Shown: positions 14,801 through 28,451, counted from the first letter of the stretch. The stretch is DNA of 64,000 bases from Syncephalis fuscata S228 (GCA_025786725.1 JAHLTZ010000005.1:830191-894190); one strand, 5' to 3'. The notes: generated by a model from the sequence alone, not told the origin. Program-made: numbers and translations.

Positions 14801-15104
14801 TTTATCATTATCGGTGTATTAAATTTGATAAATATTAGGGGCATCCATTTGAACCGACCATCGCTGTTTCTGGTAAGTATAAATAACTTATGATAGTCAA
14901 TGTTAATGATAAATGGATTTAATTTATAATAGGTATTGATTCTACAATCAAGATATTCAAGCCCACTGCCACTATAGATGCTAAAGTAGCCAGATGGCTA
15001 ACATGGATGACATTATTCGGGCTAATGCAAATTCCAACGTTCGCTTATCAATGCATGCCAGTCTAGTACAAACTCTATTGATGGGACTTGTAGCAAGAAT
15101 CTGA
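11871..15104 (+). CDS. WD40 + TPR DDB1/CUL4-associated factor (WDTC1/DCAF6/DCAF8-like)
   Basis: GHSGCVNALSWSETGRHLLSGSDD, GHRANIFSAKFMP, FLSCGEDGTVRQFDLRSPH, a central TPR-like helical block (13330-13800), an acidic linker, then YKGHCNV..TVKDVNF, YIISGSDDGNLFIWEK and GHPFEPTIAVSGIDSTIKIF. Several apparent indels. Confidence 0.85.
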
Positions 15105-15852
15105 ATCGATAGCATTTGGTAGCAATAACAATTTGTTTTATAGATTTAGTACAATAATAAAATGCAATTATTAGTTTAATGTTTTGTAATTGTTACATTT
15201 ATGGATATAAGGTCATCTATAATTGGTAATAAAATTACTTAATTTGATTGTACACATGTTTATTAAACTGACTATTGTTTAAAAGTAATTAATTAAAGCC
15301 ATTGTGCTTTTTTACAATCTTTATTTACTCATTTCACCGCCTTTTTTTAATACTTTTAAATACAATCAAACACCCATTCATTACTATAGCATGTATAATA
15401 TTGCATCTAACATTAATTTATGTGTAATTATCAATACAATAAGGTGATTAATTAGTTATCTTTATTATTGCTTTAATATATATATTGTCATTATGATATT
15501 AATTGTTCAAATGCCATTTACTTAGTCAAATTGGCTATAGGAAAAGTGGCTGTTTAATAAACAACTTTATAATAGTATATTAATCTTGATCTTACATCAC
15601 AAATATGTCCAAAATACAATAGTAGAATATTGAAAGTAGAAGAGACCATTCAGATGCAATAATCCATGTTGTACATAGATGCAACAACAACAAATGCGGA
15701 ATGATACGGAATCACAATCATATGGCTTCTATTAATATTCGATTAATATTTATACTTCACTGGCGTTTATGTATTATTAATATAGCATTAGCTGTAGATT
15801 TATTATAAAGTTGTATTAAATACTTGATCGTATTCAACTTGCTAATACTTTA

Positions 15853-16398
15853 TTAAGTGCGAGGAAGACCAGGATTGCGAGCTTGCAAGAAGAATTGGCG
15901 ACGGTTGTTGACATCGCACTTCATATTGATGGTGTGTGTTTTGTAACTAATGTGCGAGTCAGACTCAAGGCAAGTCCATCTACCATTATTGTTAAGATCA
16001 CTCTGCTTGGAAATAACTTTGTATTCTCCAGCACGGTATTTCTTATTGTTGTTGTCATGATGGAAGCGCCAGAGCTGTTTTGGGTTGTTGGCATTACACT
16101 CGGGCATGCGCACCGCCTTGTCACCCTCTTGAATACAGCGTTTGCTGATGACGTTACGTATTAAATAGTAGCCTCCAACCTTCTCAAGTGACCAAAGGCG
16201 TTCAAAAGCAAGTGGATCGTTGTAGTCACAGTTATCGAACCATGGATCGCCATTACCGCGTGTATTAAGACAGTAGCCATTATCAGCATTAACGATACGG
16301 AAAGTGTTATCGCCAATATACTTTGAAGGAGGGGAAGCGTTAGCGACGGCGACCAATGCTGACAATGCAGCCACTGCAACGGTTGCTTTAGCCAACAT
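15853..16398 (-). CDS. Secreted ricin B-type (beta-trefoil) lectin, intronless
   Basis: Signal peptide MLAKATVAVAALSALVAVANA. Three subdomains, each with C-L/I...C and a QxW-like end (ERLW, KQLW, RQFF); six Cys. Confidence 0.85.
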   Translation of the reverse strand: MLAKATVAVAALSALVAVANASPPSKYIGDNTFRIVNADNGYCLNTRGNGDPWFDNCDYNDPLAFERLWSLEKVGGYYLIRNVISKRCIQEGDKAVRMPECNANNPKQLWRFHHDNNNKKYRAGEYKVISKQSDLNNNGRWTCLESDSHISYKTHTINMKCDVNNRRQFFLQARNPGLPRT

Positions 16399-17421
16399 GT
16401 TGTAAGTATTAGAAATAATTGATGTTTTGTTGTCGAGGCCGTAACGAGTTGCGCGCGTGTGCGTATTTGTTGTAAATGAGAAGACGGTAACAGCGGTGGT
16501 AATAGGCTGATATAAAAATAATTGATAGAGTTTAGCTATGGCGCACCAGGCAAATTGTGATCATAAGAAAGTATAATGTCGATGAAAGCCACTAGATTCT
16601 ATGATGCTTTTAAATTATTTTGGGCCTGGCCAGCTCCGTGTTTTGTAAAGGCGTGCCATCCGCCTGTTTAAACACCTTTTTTCAGTATTCACTTAATTCT
16701 AAATCGAAGGCTGTAAGTTAGGCGAAAACAGTCGCGGAATAACTCTTCCTTTAAGAAAAGGCGACCCAGAACAACAAGGCGTAGATCACTAGTTAGACAG
16801 CACCAAAAACACCTGGACTTTATTATTAAAAATTTATGTTATTTGCAAAAGCTATGAATTCCATTAGTAGAATAAAGCAAGTATACATTATTTGACTCAA
16901 TAACAAGTGGCTTATTTCTAAATTCAGCTATACTTTATTTTACTGCGCCTTTTCGCTGCAAGATTCTCGCCAATATCATAACGACTCCTATCGCCTTTTA
17001 TGCGTCAAAATATCTTGGTGATTACCGACTCTGTGGTAAACGAGTGAGCACAGGCGATTGACCCTTGTGTTGCTGCTAGTAACACTGGAATTCACCTATT
17101 TCTAATCTGTAGGCAAGTTTCAAAAAACTATACTAGTAGTGTCTCAAGCATTTGCATTTTACCGCCTGTTGTTCGCACTATATTTGTACTGTTGGAGAAA
17201 AGCAGAATAGTCTATCGATATGGCCTATTACTTGGCCGCATGAATTATATGCTTGACTTGCTATGATAGTATGTTTTTAATAAAACTATGTAGCTATTAC
17301 TATATAAACAACGCATAGCAGATGATACACATAAGTATGTGCTTCTTTTAATTTAGTTGAATATCACTGTTGATTATAGTTTTTATTATATAGTAAGACA
17401 GAACAACGGCAAAAATAAAGT

Positions 17422-19447
17422 TTACATTTCGTCAAAGCCATCCAATATATTACGATAAAGGGGTTTATGCCAAGAATGGGCGTATAGTTGAGATAATCGA
17501 AAGCTATTAATAAACTGTGGAGAAGCATGGTTGTGATCAAGTAGAATTTTAAAGGTAGCCGATTGCTGCTGTTTGTGTAGTGCAGTAGCCAGGCGGGTTA
17601 CACCAACATTGGTAATATGGTTATGCGTCAAGTCGATACAGTTTAACGGTAATCGATGCTTTTCTAAAGCGTGAACAAGTGTATCGATAAGCGTGTCATC
17701 AATGCGGGAGTTGGATATTTTTAATGTTTTAAGCGACTTTATACAAAATAGATTTGCAAATAAAGCCACTATAATATCAGTATTTCGTTGTGTAGTAAAA
17801 TTAATATTTAGTTCTTGTAATCTAGGATGTTCTAGCAGTTCCAAAAGCGCAGGTATAGCATCAGCATCGCCCAAATATTGATAGATGAATGTAAACGAGG
17901 AGAGCAGTGGGAGTTGCCGAACTAGCGTCAGTATATTGGCAGCATTTGTGGCATCTGAGGAATAGCCTGCAATGCAAAGTGTCGATAGCATCTTGCCGGA
18001 CATTAGTAGCTCCGTTAGACAGCCTGGAACACCGATAGTATCATTTGGCTCGGTAAAATACTGTACTGATAATGATTGTAATTTGCATGAATGTTGAAAA
18101 CATTGTCTAATCCAGTTTACAGGATCGTCAGTGTCAATAGTAACATTAATCAATTCAAGTTCAGATAATTTGCACTGTAGACTTTGCTGCAATAATGGCC
18201 TATAAAAACCGTTGATCAATACAGAGTCCAGAACAAGTTTTTTCAAATCACTAATATAGATTGCATTAACTAGCTGTTGAAATGGATTAAGTTTTGATGC
18301 GGTTTTGTGTGCGTTTTTGACCGAGTCTATATCTAATATGATATCTTGAAAGTTAATTAGCCCGACTCGCCAGCAATATTTTTGAGCAGAAATTTGTGCC
18401 CTGCGTTGCGAAAATCGACAGTTTACAAAAGTAAGATCGATCGGTGTGAGTGAAGAGTCGGGTGATGCTGATGCAGCAAAGTCGTCTACGACGATATCAC
18501 AGCAGGACCAGCAAAGTTCTTGTACACCATATTCTTGTGCCAGTTTGTAAACTTCTTGTAGCTGTATAAATTCAGGCCGACTACTGTGCATGTTGGATAA
18601 GTTGATTTTTTCTATGTTAACCATCCAGCGCAGCATTTCCATGGTCCATGTAAAATTGCCAAAGCCATGTAATTGCACTGAGCTCATTTTGCTAAAGATA
18701 CATCGAAGTAGATGAAGTATCGGTGATGTCGTAGCATTGCCCAACACTGTATCTTTAGCACGAAATGCATTTTGTGGCGGTACAGCATCCCAGCGATTCC
18801 ATTGAGACCAGAAAGCGCGGATTTTTGATTGATTCTGACTGCTATCTCCAGTAGCAATTTGTATATCGGAACTAATAGCGTCACGATTTAAAAAATAAAG
18901 TATCTCATAAATATGACCCATGACTTTCTCATTGGGTAAAACTGTTTCGGTCGCAAGTTGCAGAGATGGTAAAATTTCGCAACTATACTGCCGCATAATC
19001 AACCAGATTCTCTCAACGTTTTGCACCAATTTACGCTTTTTCCACCAATAGCTCAATTGTGCATATAAATCACACCTTGCTCTGACGTATAAGATGCTGG
19101 TTTATCCTTTTCATCTGCTATATAGCTATGACCATTTTCTATGTTTGTCGACTGTCCTGCTTTTAACATATCCATCAGCACAATCATTTGCAAAGCACTA
19201 AGATTTTTCAGTATCATATCAAATAAATGAAGGGGCAATTGCTGCAGCTTATTCAGCAATAGCCGTGGTGGCAACCTATACCAAACACAAGCACATAAAG
19301 TCGATAAACTTGGTATTTTGGTCAAGAATACTATTTTTCTATGTACATCTGTTATTCAAATTATAACGTTTTAATAGTATATAGGTACCTTTGTTTGGAC
19401 TCGACCGTACTCTCAGCTTGCTCAGCAGCTCGTTTGCTTAGAGACAT
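17422..19447 (-). CDS. RNI-like leucine-rich repeat protein with N-terminal BC-box-like motif (LRRC41/Rad7-type architecture)
   Basis: C-terminal LRRs (LQELNINF, LKTLKISNSRIDD, LNCIDLTHNHITNVGVTRLATAL) and N-terminal IPSLSTLCACV...LQQLPLHLFDMILKNL. Short first exon MSLSKRAAEQAES. Frame break near 19060. Confidence 0.6.
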
Positions 19448-19967
19448 GTTGTCATATGCACAAATGTATTTTTACAAAGTAGTTATGAAAAGAAAAAATA
19501 TCTAACAAAAATATATTGTCGCAATGATTGGGCTAGATAAGGATGAAATAATAGTAAAACGAAAACCAATGCTTAATTAAGAGATAGAAAGTCATGTGTT
19601 TATTTATATTGAGCGCATGCTACTCGTGTACCACGAATGTAAAGGTGACGTATGCCCTTAAAATCTGTGGCCAATGGTTAGATATACGAATATGTATTGC
19701 TGCCAATCAAGTATGATGCCCAATTTTACAGCTAAATAAAAGACTGTACTAATGATACATGTGTAGAATAGATTGTTTTTAATTTAGCAATTACTGTATA
19801 AGCTATTGCAGATTAATAACAAAAGTATATGTTAAGGCGTGCTTTATTTCAATTCGTAGAGATTATTGTTCGTCTGTTTACAGCACATGTAAATTGTAGT
19901 AGTAGCACATCTAACTAGCTCAAATACATCCAATTGACTATGTCTATTTATTTCCTGTAAATGGGAT

Positions 19968-21106
19968 TTAAATGCTCAAAAAACTCGTTTGTTGACTCAA
20001 AGCACCCCTTACATTAAACAGTAAACCACTGGTATAATGTTCTAGCGCTTTGTTGAGTTCATCGCCTTGAAAACCAGCTATAGTAAGCACATGCTTAAAA
20101 TAAGATTTTATATTCTTATCATAATTTTGAATAACAAAACTTTTGGCTTCTTCGTCAGCTCCGTTATTTATACTATACGTGTCTTCAATACATCTGATGA
20201 TGGCTTGATATTTATTATCAAACTTTACACCTAACAAACTATTAGAACACTAATAAATATGTTATGTCTATAAACGTACAGCTATCTTGAAGTTTATAGT
20301 ACCATCCCAATTTTTTTGCAAATAAAACGCCTAATTTATAGATGTGTTAGCTCTATCTATAAGTATATTTGAAACCTGTACCGTTTCTTATTCGATTAAG
20401 CAAAGTATCAACAACTCCCAAGTTATTTAGAGTTAATTCGTAGAATTCATATAAAGGTGGCTGATTTTTATCACCCATGGATGGAGTCATGTAACAAACA
20501 TGCGTTGGAGCAAATCTCTCGATAAGGTTAAAATCAACAGTACGAAAAATCGACTTGTCTTGCTGTCTCATGTATTGCGCATATAGATCCTGCCATAAGC
20601 TTGTGTTAATAATAATAATGCTATATTTGTAGTTGTATAATTACCTGATAAAGCAAGAATTTCCTATCCACATTTATCCAATTTGATTGTTTTTCAACCG
20701 TGCGTATGGCTTTGTCTGCAGGACCGCATAGAAGGTCAACGGCTTGATCTTTTTTCGTGGCTGGATCAAAAAAGTATCCGAAAGCACTGGAAACTTGGTT
20801 ATTACTAGCAGTGCTTTTTTTGTAAATTTTTAAATTTTTATCTTTAAATACGCCTTCTTTTCCCATTGGATGCCCATAGAAATCTATTAAATACAGCACC
20901 ATTAGCTTAAACCTTACTCAAAAATAATATGACTTACATTCCTGCTCTTCAACTTGCGTAGATTTACGAAACGGTATAGCTTTTAGAATATTATCCTTAA
21001 TGCCGGACGAAGATATTGCTTGTACTTCAGTAATATCCTGGATACTCGACACGAGCAACAATGCAGTAGCAAAAGTAGTAATCGTAAATGTGTTATGGAA
21101 AATCAT
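19968..21106 (-). CDS. Secreted, highly degenerate protein-kinase-like protein (pseudokinase), multi-exon
   Basis: Signal peptide MIFHNTFTITTFATALLLVSS...VQA. Spliced reading gives VDLLCG (VAIK position), HVCYMTP (hinge) and LLNRIRN-GVLFAKKLGWYYKLQDS-LLGVKFDNKYQAII, which parallels alphaE/catalytic loop/beta7-8 of the 45.5 kb protein. Confidence 0.5.
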
Positions 21107-22919
21107 TATGATAGTCTCTAGGCTGTTTTTAAAATAAAAAACTTGCTTTAAAAATTGTTCGTAAACGAGTACTGAATATAGTGTAGTTTTAACGATAACG
21201 TTAGACGGAAGTGAAGGATAGATAATAGTAGAAAACTGCTCAAATTCGCACTCCATTTTTATAGCAAAAATTTATATTACAAAACGCCCTAGCTACGTTT
21301 ATGTATCTGGCGTGACAGCCATATACTAAATTTAGTATAAACAATCATCTGATTAAAACGACAATTGATCCAATGAGGCAACTCCCATGAAAACATAATA
21401 ATAATATAGAAAAACGCAAATGCTGGATTTAAAATGCGCTGTTTTGTGTCTAAACCATCGTCACCATACTTGGTATACATTTTTTTACATTAATTACATG
21501 TCAAAATAATTATGAGTATAAAGGAAGATTGAAACATATAATAAATGATTTACAGCATTTTAATTGTGTTAAAAATATCCAGTGCTTGAATATGAGATTT
21601 AACACTGTCGATACAAAGTAGAAAATATTTGACCATGGCCTGTTATTATTGATTTGTAGCGTATATGGAAACGCAGTTTGGATAATCTGAATTTCAATAT
21701 GAGCTAGGAAATAGTTTTAGAAGCAATTTAGTTGAGCAAGGCAAATGGTATATCCAAACGAAGTACTAAATTTGTTTATGACCCGATCCAAATTACACAC
21801 TCAGTTTGGTATTATGACATATTTTTTGTATATTTTAAATTGTTGTAACATTGTGAATAACGCAAATCATGAATAAATAAAATTTATTGTTATAATATAT
21901 TATTGCTTATATAATAATGAGCTACTTTCACACGTAGTAGTCTTACCAGTAGATGGAGAGAGGGAGCGTAACAATAACCGGCAGCTGTAACCTATGTTTA
22001 CAATATCGCTGATCATTATAATTAATACAATGCTGTGTAGCAATTACATTGACCATCGCAACAAGGAGGTGTAACTATTCCGTTCGTTACACTAGATATG
22101 TATAATAATAAATTATAATTCAAGCTGCCAGCAAATACAATATTAATATTCAATAGTACATTTTGTTTATTTTTTAACTATTATAGCATTATTAAGCAAC
22201 ATATTATTTGATGGTGGCTAGTATAAAGCTGTGTGCTTCTGACATATGATACTTGTGCCAAATGGTGCTATCGTCAGTACTCCAGGTGGACGCATAGTTT
22301 CTTTATTAGCTGCTCTCTCGATTAACAACTTTTAACTTTTACATTTTCAGTTTACTTTTTATATATTTTCTAATGCAACAGTATCAAACAACAGATAACC
22401 ACACTAAATGTACACTATGAATCACATATGGACAACAATCAACTAAATGTAGGTGCTTTGTATCTACTAAGCAATACTAACAAATATCTGTTACAGTTAT
22501 TCGACCATTGGTACCAGTCGACAAGTATATCCAGATTATATTTGTCATTATGCACCATTATTTTGCATGTATATTACATACCAACTATTGTCTTCATTGG
22601 CACAAGTATCAACAGCAGCATTATATATTGTTGTTGATGCCATCACTTGACATGGTTTTCCAAATAAAGGGAAATATGTCCATTTGGTTTTTATCCAGTC
22701 AAGTGCTGATTGGTATTGTTACTGCATACTTGTTAAGCGTGTTGATTAAATAAATAAAGTGACAGTGGTGGCAAAGAGAGCGTTATATATACTGAACTGA
22801 AATGATTTTAATAGTCTGTATGAAAGTGTTTATTAAAACGACATAATACTACAATAATAAATCTATCACTATTGATATATTTACTTATTATATTTATTTG
22901 GTCAAGATGCCACCAATGT

Positions 22920-23080
22920 TTAAACAGCTTATTAACATTTTAATGTAATTTGATGGTCAAATGGCTACATTTAATAACATTCAACCTATTAAACATGGGG
23001 CTGTGTAGCGAATGACACCAGTGATCAAATACTCATCATTGTAGATTTATTATTCGGTATACATGTATCCTCTATCCATC
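22920..23080 (+). repeat. Interspersed repeat family copy A
   Basis: GGTCAAATGGCT...CTATTAAACATGG..GCTGTGTAGCGAATGACACCAGTGATCAAATACTCATCATTGTAGATT...GTATACATGTATCCTCTATCCAT. Near-identical to the reverse complement of 47220-47380; followed by degenerate (CCAT)n. Confidence 0.9.
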
Positions 23081-23680
23081 CATCCGTGCATCCATCCATT
23101 TGTTTATTTGTTTATTCATCCATCCGTCAGTTCATCCATTTAATATACTAATTGATCGATCGGCAATGCAGTAATGAAATGTTATGTATTGCATTTAATT
23201 CCACAATGTCAATCAGTCTAACCACATATTAATATTCATAGTACTGCTAATGTATAATTGTAATCAATAAATTCATTATTACTGTCTCAGTGTTTTAATC
23301 AACTGCGCCATTCACTTAATGTACAACACACTAAGTAACATTATTTAGTTACAACTAATAAATTACTGTATACCATTTTAATTCGTGGTTATTTATAAGC
23401 AAATATTAATTGAGTTGCAAGAATAACAAAGTCTGCTATATAACAACAATCATTGAGTATATCTACATAATTCATTGCAAATAACAAAAGTGATTTATAG
23501 GCTAATAGGCACTCGACTGGATACTATTTTTTGTTTTATTTTTAACGGGTGTTGGCGGACTTTGTCGGTTCCGATAGTATCGCTGTCGTTGTTTTTGACA
23601 TAAAAGATTGCTAAAGGCTACTCTTTCACGCTAGACGTTTCCTATTTGCTACGAATCACTCTAGTAGTCTCGTCAACAGC

Positions 23681-25506
23681 ATGCTTTCCCTTAAAGTTTG
23701 CGCAAATGCTGCACAGACAGCCGGTCGACAGGCTGCTCGTCGTGCCTTGACCTCAAGTGCACGCAGCCCTGGTAGGTTACAGATAATGGCTATAGAACAG
23801 CGCGTAATTATTAATCGATCATAACCAATATAATTAATATAACTGATATAGCTGTCCGTTCAATTGCACGCACTGCCATCAGCAACTCTGCCCGTACAGT
23901 AAGTAGCGTATTGGATCAGTATAGAGCAGCTAGTCTAAATACTAAATGTGATTATAGACTATGGCCCGAGTAGCTATGGCACCACGTCTATCGCCAATGT
24001 CATTTGCACTCCGTAGCACGCAAGGTAAATGATAATTAATTGTTTATTGTATTAGATAAATTACAAAAAGTGCATGTTAATATTAATACAATTTATTTTG
24101 TATATTTTTGTATGAATCAGTGTTTACGCGTGGTATGGCCTCAGAAACCGGCAAATTTGATCGCTCCAAGCCTCACGTCAACATTGGTACAATTGGCCAC
24201 GTCGATCATGGCAAAACGACACTTACTGCAGCCATCACTAAAACTCTAGCCTCCCGAGGTATGGCACAGTTTCGTGGCTACGATGATATCGACAAAGCTC
24301 CAGAAGAAAGGGCACGCGGTATTACCATTAGTACAGCCCATGTCGAATACCAGACAGCTAGTCGGCATTATGCTCATGTTGACTGTCCTGGTCACGCCGA
24401 TTACATTAAGAACATGATTACCGGTGCTGCCCAAGTAAGCGATAGTTGAATAACAAATAGTAGAATACTAACCAATGGATACTATATGTTTAGATGGATG
24501 GTGCCATTATTGTTGTATCTGCTACCGATGGTCAAATGCCACAGACCCGTGAACATTTGTTGTTGGCCCGTCAAGTTGGTATTAAACATCTTGTGGTATT
24601 CATCAATAAGGTCGATGCTGTTGATGATCCAGAAATGCTTGAATTGGTAGAGATGGAAATGCGTGAATTGCTTAACGAGTACGGATTCAACGGCGATTCT
24701 GTCCCTGTCGTTATGGGCAGTGCTCTATGTGCACTTGAAGGCCGCAACAAGGAAATTGGCGAGGATAAGATTCTTGAATTGATGCAAATGGTAGATGAAT
24801 CAATCCCAACACCTGAACGCGACCTCGACAAGCCATTCCTTATGCCAATTGAAGATGTGTTCTCTATTTCTGGTCGTGGTACCGTCGTTACAGGCCGTGT
24901 AGAACGCGGTATTATCACCAAAGGCAGCGATATTGAGATTGTCGGATTTGGACCACCAATTAAGACCACACTTACAGGCATTGAAATGTTCCGTAAAGAA
25001 TTGGACCAAGGCCAGGCCGGTGACAATATGGGTGCACTTTTACGTGGTATCAAACGTGAACAAATCCATCGTGGCCAGGTCATTTGTGTGCCAGGTACCG
25101 TTAAAGCGCATACAAAGTTCCTAGCCCAATTCTATATTCTGTCAAAGGATGAAGGTGGTCGCCACACACCATTTGTGGACAATTATAAGCCACAGCTCTA
25201 TATCCGCACCACGGATGTTACCGCAACACTTCGCTTCCCATTGGCACCAGGCGAGGAGCCAGATCCCAGCCGAATGGTCATGCCAGGTGATAACGTGACG
25301 CTAGACTGTGAGCTAGGCTCAGAAATTGCTATGGAGGAAGGTATGCGCTTTACTATCCGGGAGGGTGGCAAGACTGTCGGTACTGGTAAGTTTAATACAA
25401 TTATATGAACATATAGCATATACACATATTCATATATTACTTGATGGATTGTTACTTATACTATGGCGTCATGTTCGTAGGTGTCGTGACCGAGATTCTC
25501 AAGTAA
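23681..25506 (+). CDS. TUF1: Mitochondrial translation elongation factor EF-Tu, 6 exons
   Basis: Arg/Ala/Ser-rich presequence over three small exons. [44 protein letters not shown], and terminal exon GVVTEILK*. Confidence 0.97.
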
Positions 25507-26467
25507 ATCGATGGACATATCCTGGTCTAGTATCTGCATAGACTTTTGCGTCACATGTACGCACGATTTATTATCAACGCGAATAAACAATAGGTCAAAC
25601 TATTCATTTATTAAAAGTAATAATAGAATCTATTTGGTTGGCATAGCCTTGTATTGCTTTACTCGCCTGCAATGTCTTTGTTTGAATCAATGCGTGTATA
25701 TGCATGATAATATGTTTGTGGCTATATGCATACAGCAGGTTACTAGTCATTAAGCGTCACTTCTAATTGGTACACGCCCATGCGGCACTTGCTTGCTGGT
25801 CATCCAGCATTTACCATGTGGACGTGCATTTTCTACCCCGTGATGCTAAGGGCCAAGCAAAGAAAGACACTATACCTGAATTCTATTTGTTCCCTGGTGT
25901 TTTCATAGTAAAGCGCGTCCATAAGTCTATTATAAGTAGTTCTATGATGCATCAGATTAACAAGAACATAGCACAGTCATTTCTCTTTGTTAATAACTCA
26001 TCAATTTATCTTGGTAGGTATACATATACAATAGGAGAGCTATAGCGTATTGAAATATGCGTATGTATGTGAATAGTCTGTATTAAAGTGATAACTATGA
26101 ACGAGTACGTCATTGACTGTCTATTCAACTTTGTGTGACTGTGGTTCAAATTAATTAATAGTTAACAATGATCGGTTTAATAGCGTGTAACACTTTACTA
26201 ACCATTTTATATTATTACTATTATTATGTTTTTGTATTGATTAGTTAGTGGTTTTTTCTTCAATTCTTTATTTTCTGTGTAGCCAAACTATTCTTCTATT
26301 GCACTCTTATCCGCTGAATTTAAGCGTGCGTGCCAATCTAGCTTACATTTGTGGCCGTGTTATTCCTAACCTGTTCCGACGCTTTCAGAACACGACGCCG
26401 GCGTCATATTAGCTTAATATTACTGAATTGATATTATTGGTGATATACTATCGTTTACAGCGCCATT

Positions 26468-27693
26468 ATGATTCCTAGCGTATCAAGCTATGGTGCAATG
26501 CATTGCACGGGCAATGTTCCTGCTCGCAAGATAATGATGGTAACAATGCGAAATAGTACCTCACAAGAACAGGCAAAGAAGCAGCCACGTAAGATGATTA
26601 CATTCTAATACCATTCAATTAATAACAATAGTAATATTTAAATACTTTTAATCTAGTCCGAACATTATTACGACGTATTTTTAAAGGATTCATCCACAAC
26701 AATGACTCGAATATTATGCCGAATCCGACGACCAAGACCGTAGAAGACGACGTGCCTGTACTCACATTTATCAATGATACTTGTGAGGAAAGCGATTTCA
26801 TTACCGTGGTGCCACTGGCCCGTCGACGACGTATAACACCGGGACCGTGCATCTTTTGTACAGCAATGCTTGACTGTTCATTCGACTCATGCAAGCTACA
26901 ACGACAAGGAGCACATAGACGTGAAGCATCCCGAGCACTACGTGTTATGCACCGACATCCCTCGCAAGGTCTTTATCCGAGTGAACTAGCCAAGGTAGAA
27001 GAGGAGCCCACAAGCCCAGCTATGGAGAAGAAGTTGATGAAACAAAGTGCAAAGAAGGGCAGTCTATTAAATGGACGTGACGTTACCAAAAAGTTGCCGT
27101 ATCGTAATAAAACACCCATTTATTCTTCGTTAATGGCTCAAATAGCAACGAAGAAAGAAAAGAGTGACTTGCCTATTGTATCTCCATTATTTACTGTGGA
27201 TACATCAGTAGTATCTACCAAAGAAATGGATAAGCTAGTAACAACAATGACAACAACAAACACTCCTCCTCCTCCTTATACCGATCCATTACCTACTTTA
27301 GGTATACGTGAACGACGTTCTTCAGCCTGGACAACCTTTCTAGCTGGTGATGGACCTAAAGGCCAACCAAATGACATTGACGCTATTTGTAGTATCGCTC
27401 CTCCTGGTCCTATTAGTAATAGTAGGATTGAGAAGCGATCTATATCGAATAAGCAAATTGGCCGATCACGCCCATGGATCGGTGCTGGTCGCCAATCAAT
27501 CGTTATGGCAACACCAACAACTAGTGATAAGTTATTTGTTCAACGATCTATTTCTGCCCTAGGATTAGTTCAATATCTATTACCAATACTGCACAGCCTA
27601 TAAAAAGTCTACCAGTAGTTCGGGCCGTATCTGCTCATCCATTCTACTATTCCCTATCCTCATCACTATCGCCGTCACCAATCAATTCAGTGT
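26468..27693 (+). CDS. Hypothetical low-complexity protein, 2 exons
   Basis: ATG at 26468, GT-AG intron ~26588-26656, 295-aa open exon. Ser/Pro/Thr/Lys-rich with a small CxxC...C cluster. True stop is 27603, or 27693 if a frameshift is an error. Confidence 0.55.
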
Positions 27694-28451
27694 AAAATAG
27701 TGGATCACTATCTATATATTTATATTTATATATCTATAATGCTACTCCACTAATATTCACTATTAATGATAAAGCCTATGCCATTACAATGGATAGTAAG
27801 ATGCTATTACTTAATGGCCACGATAGTAATGCTAGACAATTTGTCACCATCTACTAGTAACACAGCATAGGCAACATTCATTAGTTGTATATTTAACCTA
27901 CGGCAAATAAAGTTGTATATTATCTACATTTATTATTGTTATTACTGTTACCATTAATCAATATACTAATATAATAATAATAATACAACATTTTAATAGT
28001 CTATTAACACAGTTATTTCAATAGACTAGTAATACAGATAGTTTAATATAGAAGCGGTCAAATGACCATTCAAATAGTTGATGAAACAGAGTACAACTGT
28101 AGAATTTATCGAATTCTTTTAAATAAACGAAATTTGATTGACACTGGTTTCTTTTATTTCTTGGCTTGTTGCCTGTGACCTGCTCTATTTGTTCTAGTTT
28201 TACCACTTCTACTTCTACTTCTATTCTTCTTCTTTCTTCTCTTGTTGTGTACGGACAAGTGTCCATCACTATTGCCGCCCCTTAACACGTCTACCACCGA
28301 TAGTCCTTCGTTCTTTGTCTCATCTATCGCATCTATTATCGCAGCATCTAACCTGGTCTAGTCTTTCTTTTACTTGCTATTTCTTGTTTGTTGTCAGGTG
28401 CATGCTAGCTGATTGGGGCCCTATTATATTGGTTCACCTGCATCAAGCACT

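Noticed and set aside
22370-22753. Short plus-strand ORFs with an intron-like segment
   Set aside because: No coherent spliced frame or recognisable motif could be built.
24108-25408. Bacterial-like EF-Tu as possible horizontal transfer or contamination
   Set aside because: It has five spliceosomal introns and a mitochondrial presequence, so it is the ordinary nuclear-encoded TUF1.
24246-25425. Antisense ORFs over EF-Tu, and similar shadow ORFs over STR3, PP4R1, TBC and the lectin
   Set aside because: Shadows of real coding exons with biased codon use; no independent motifs.
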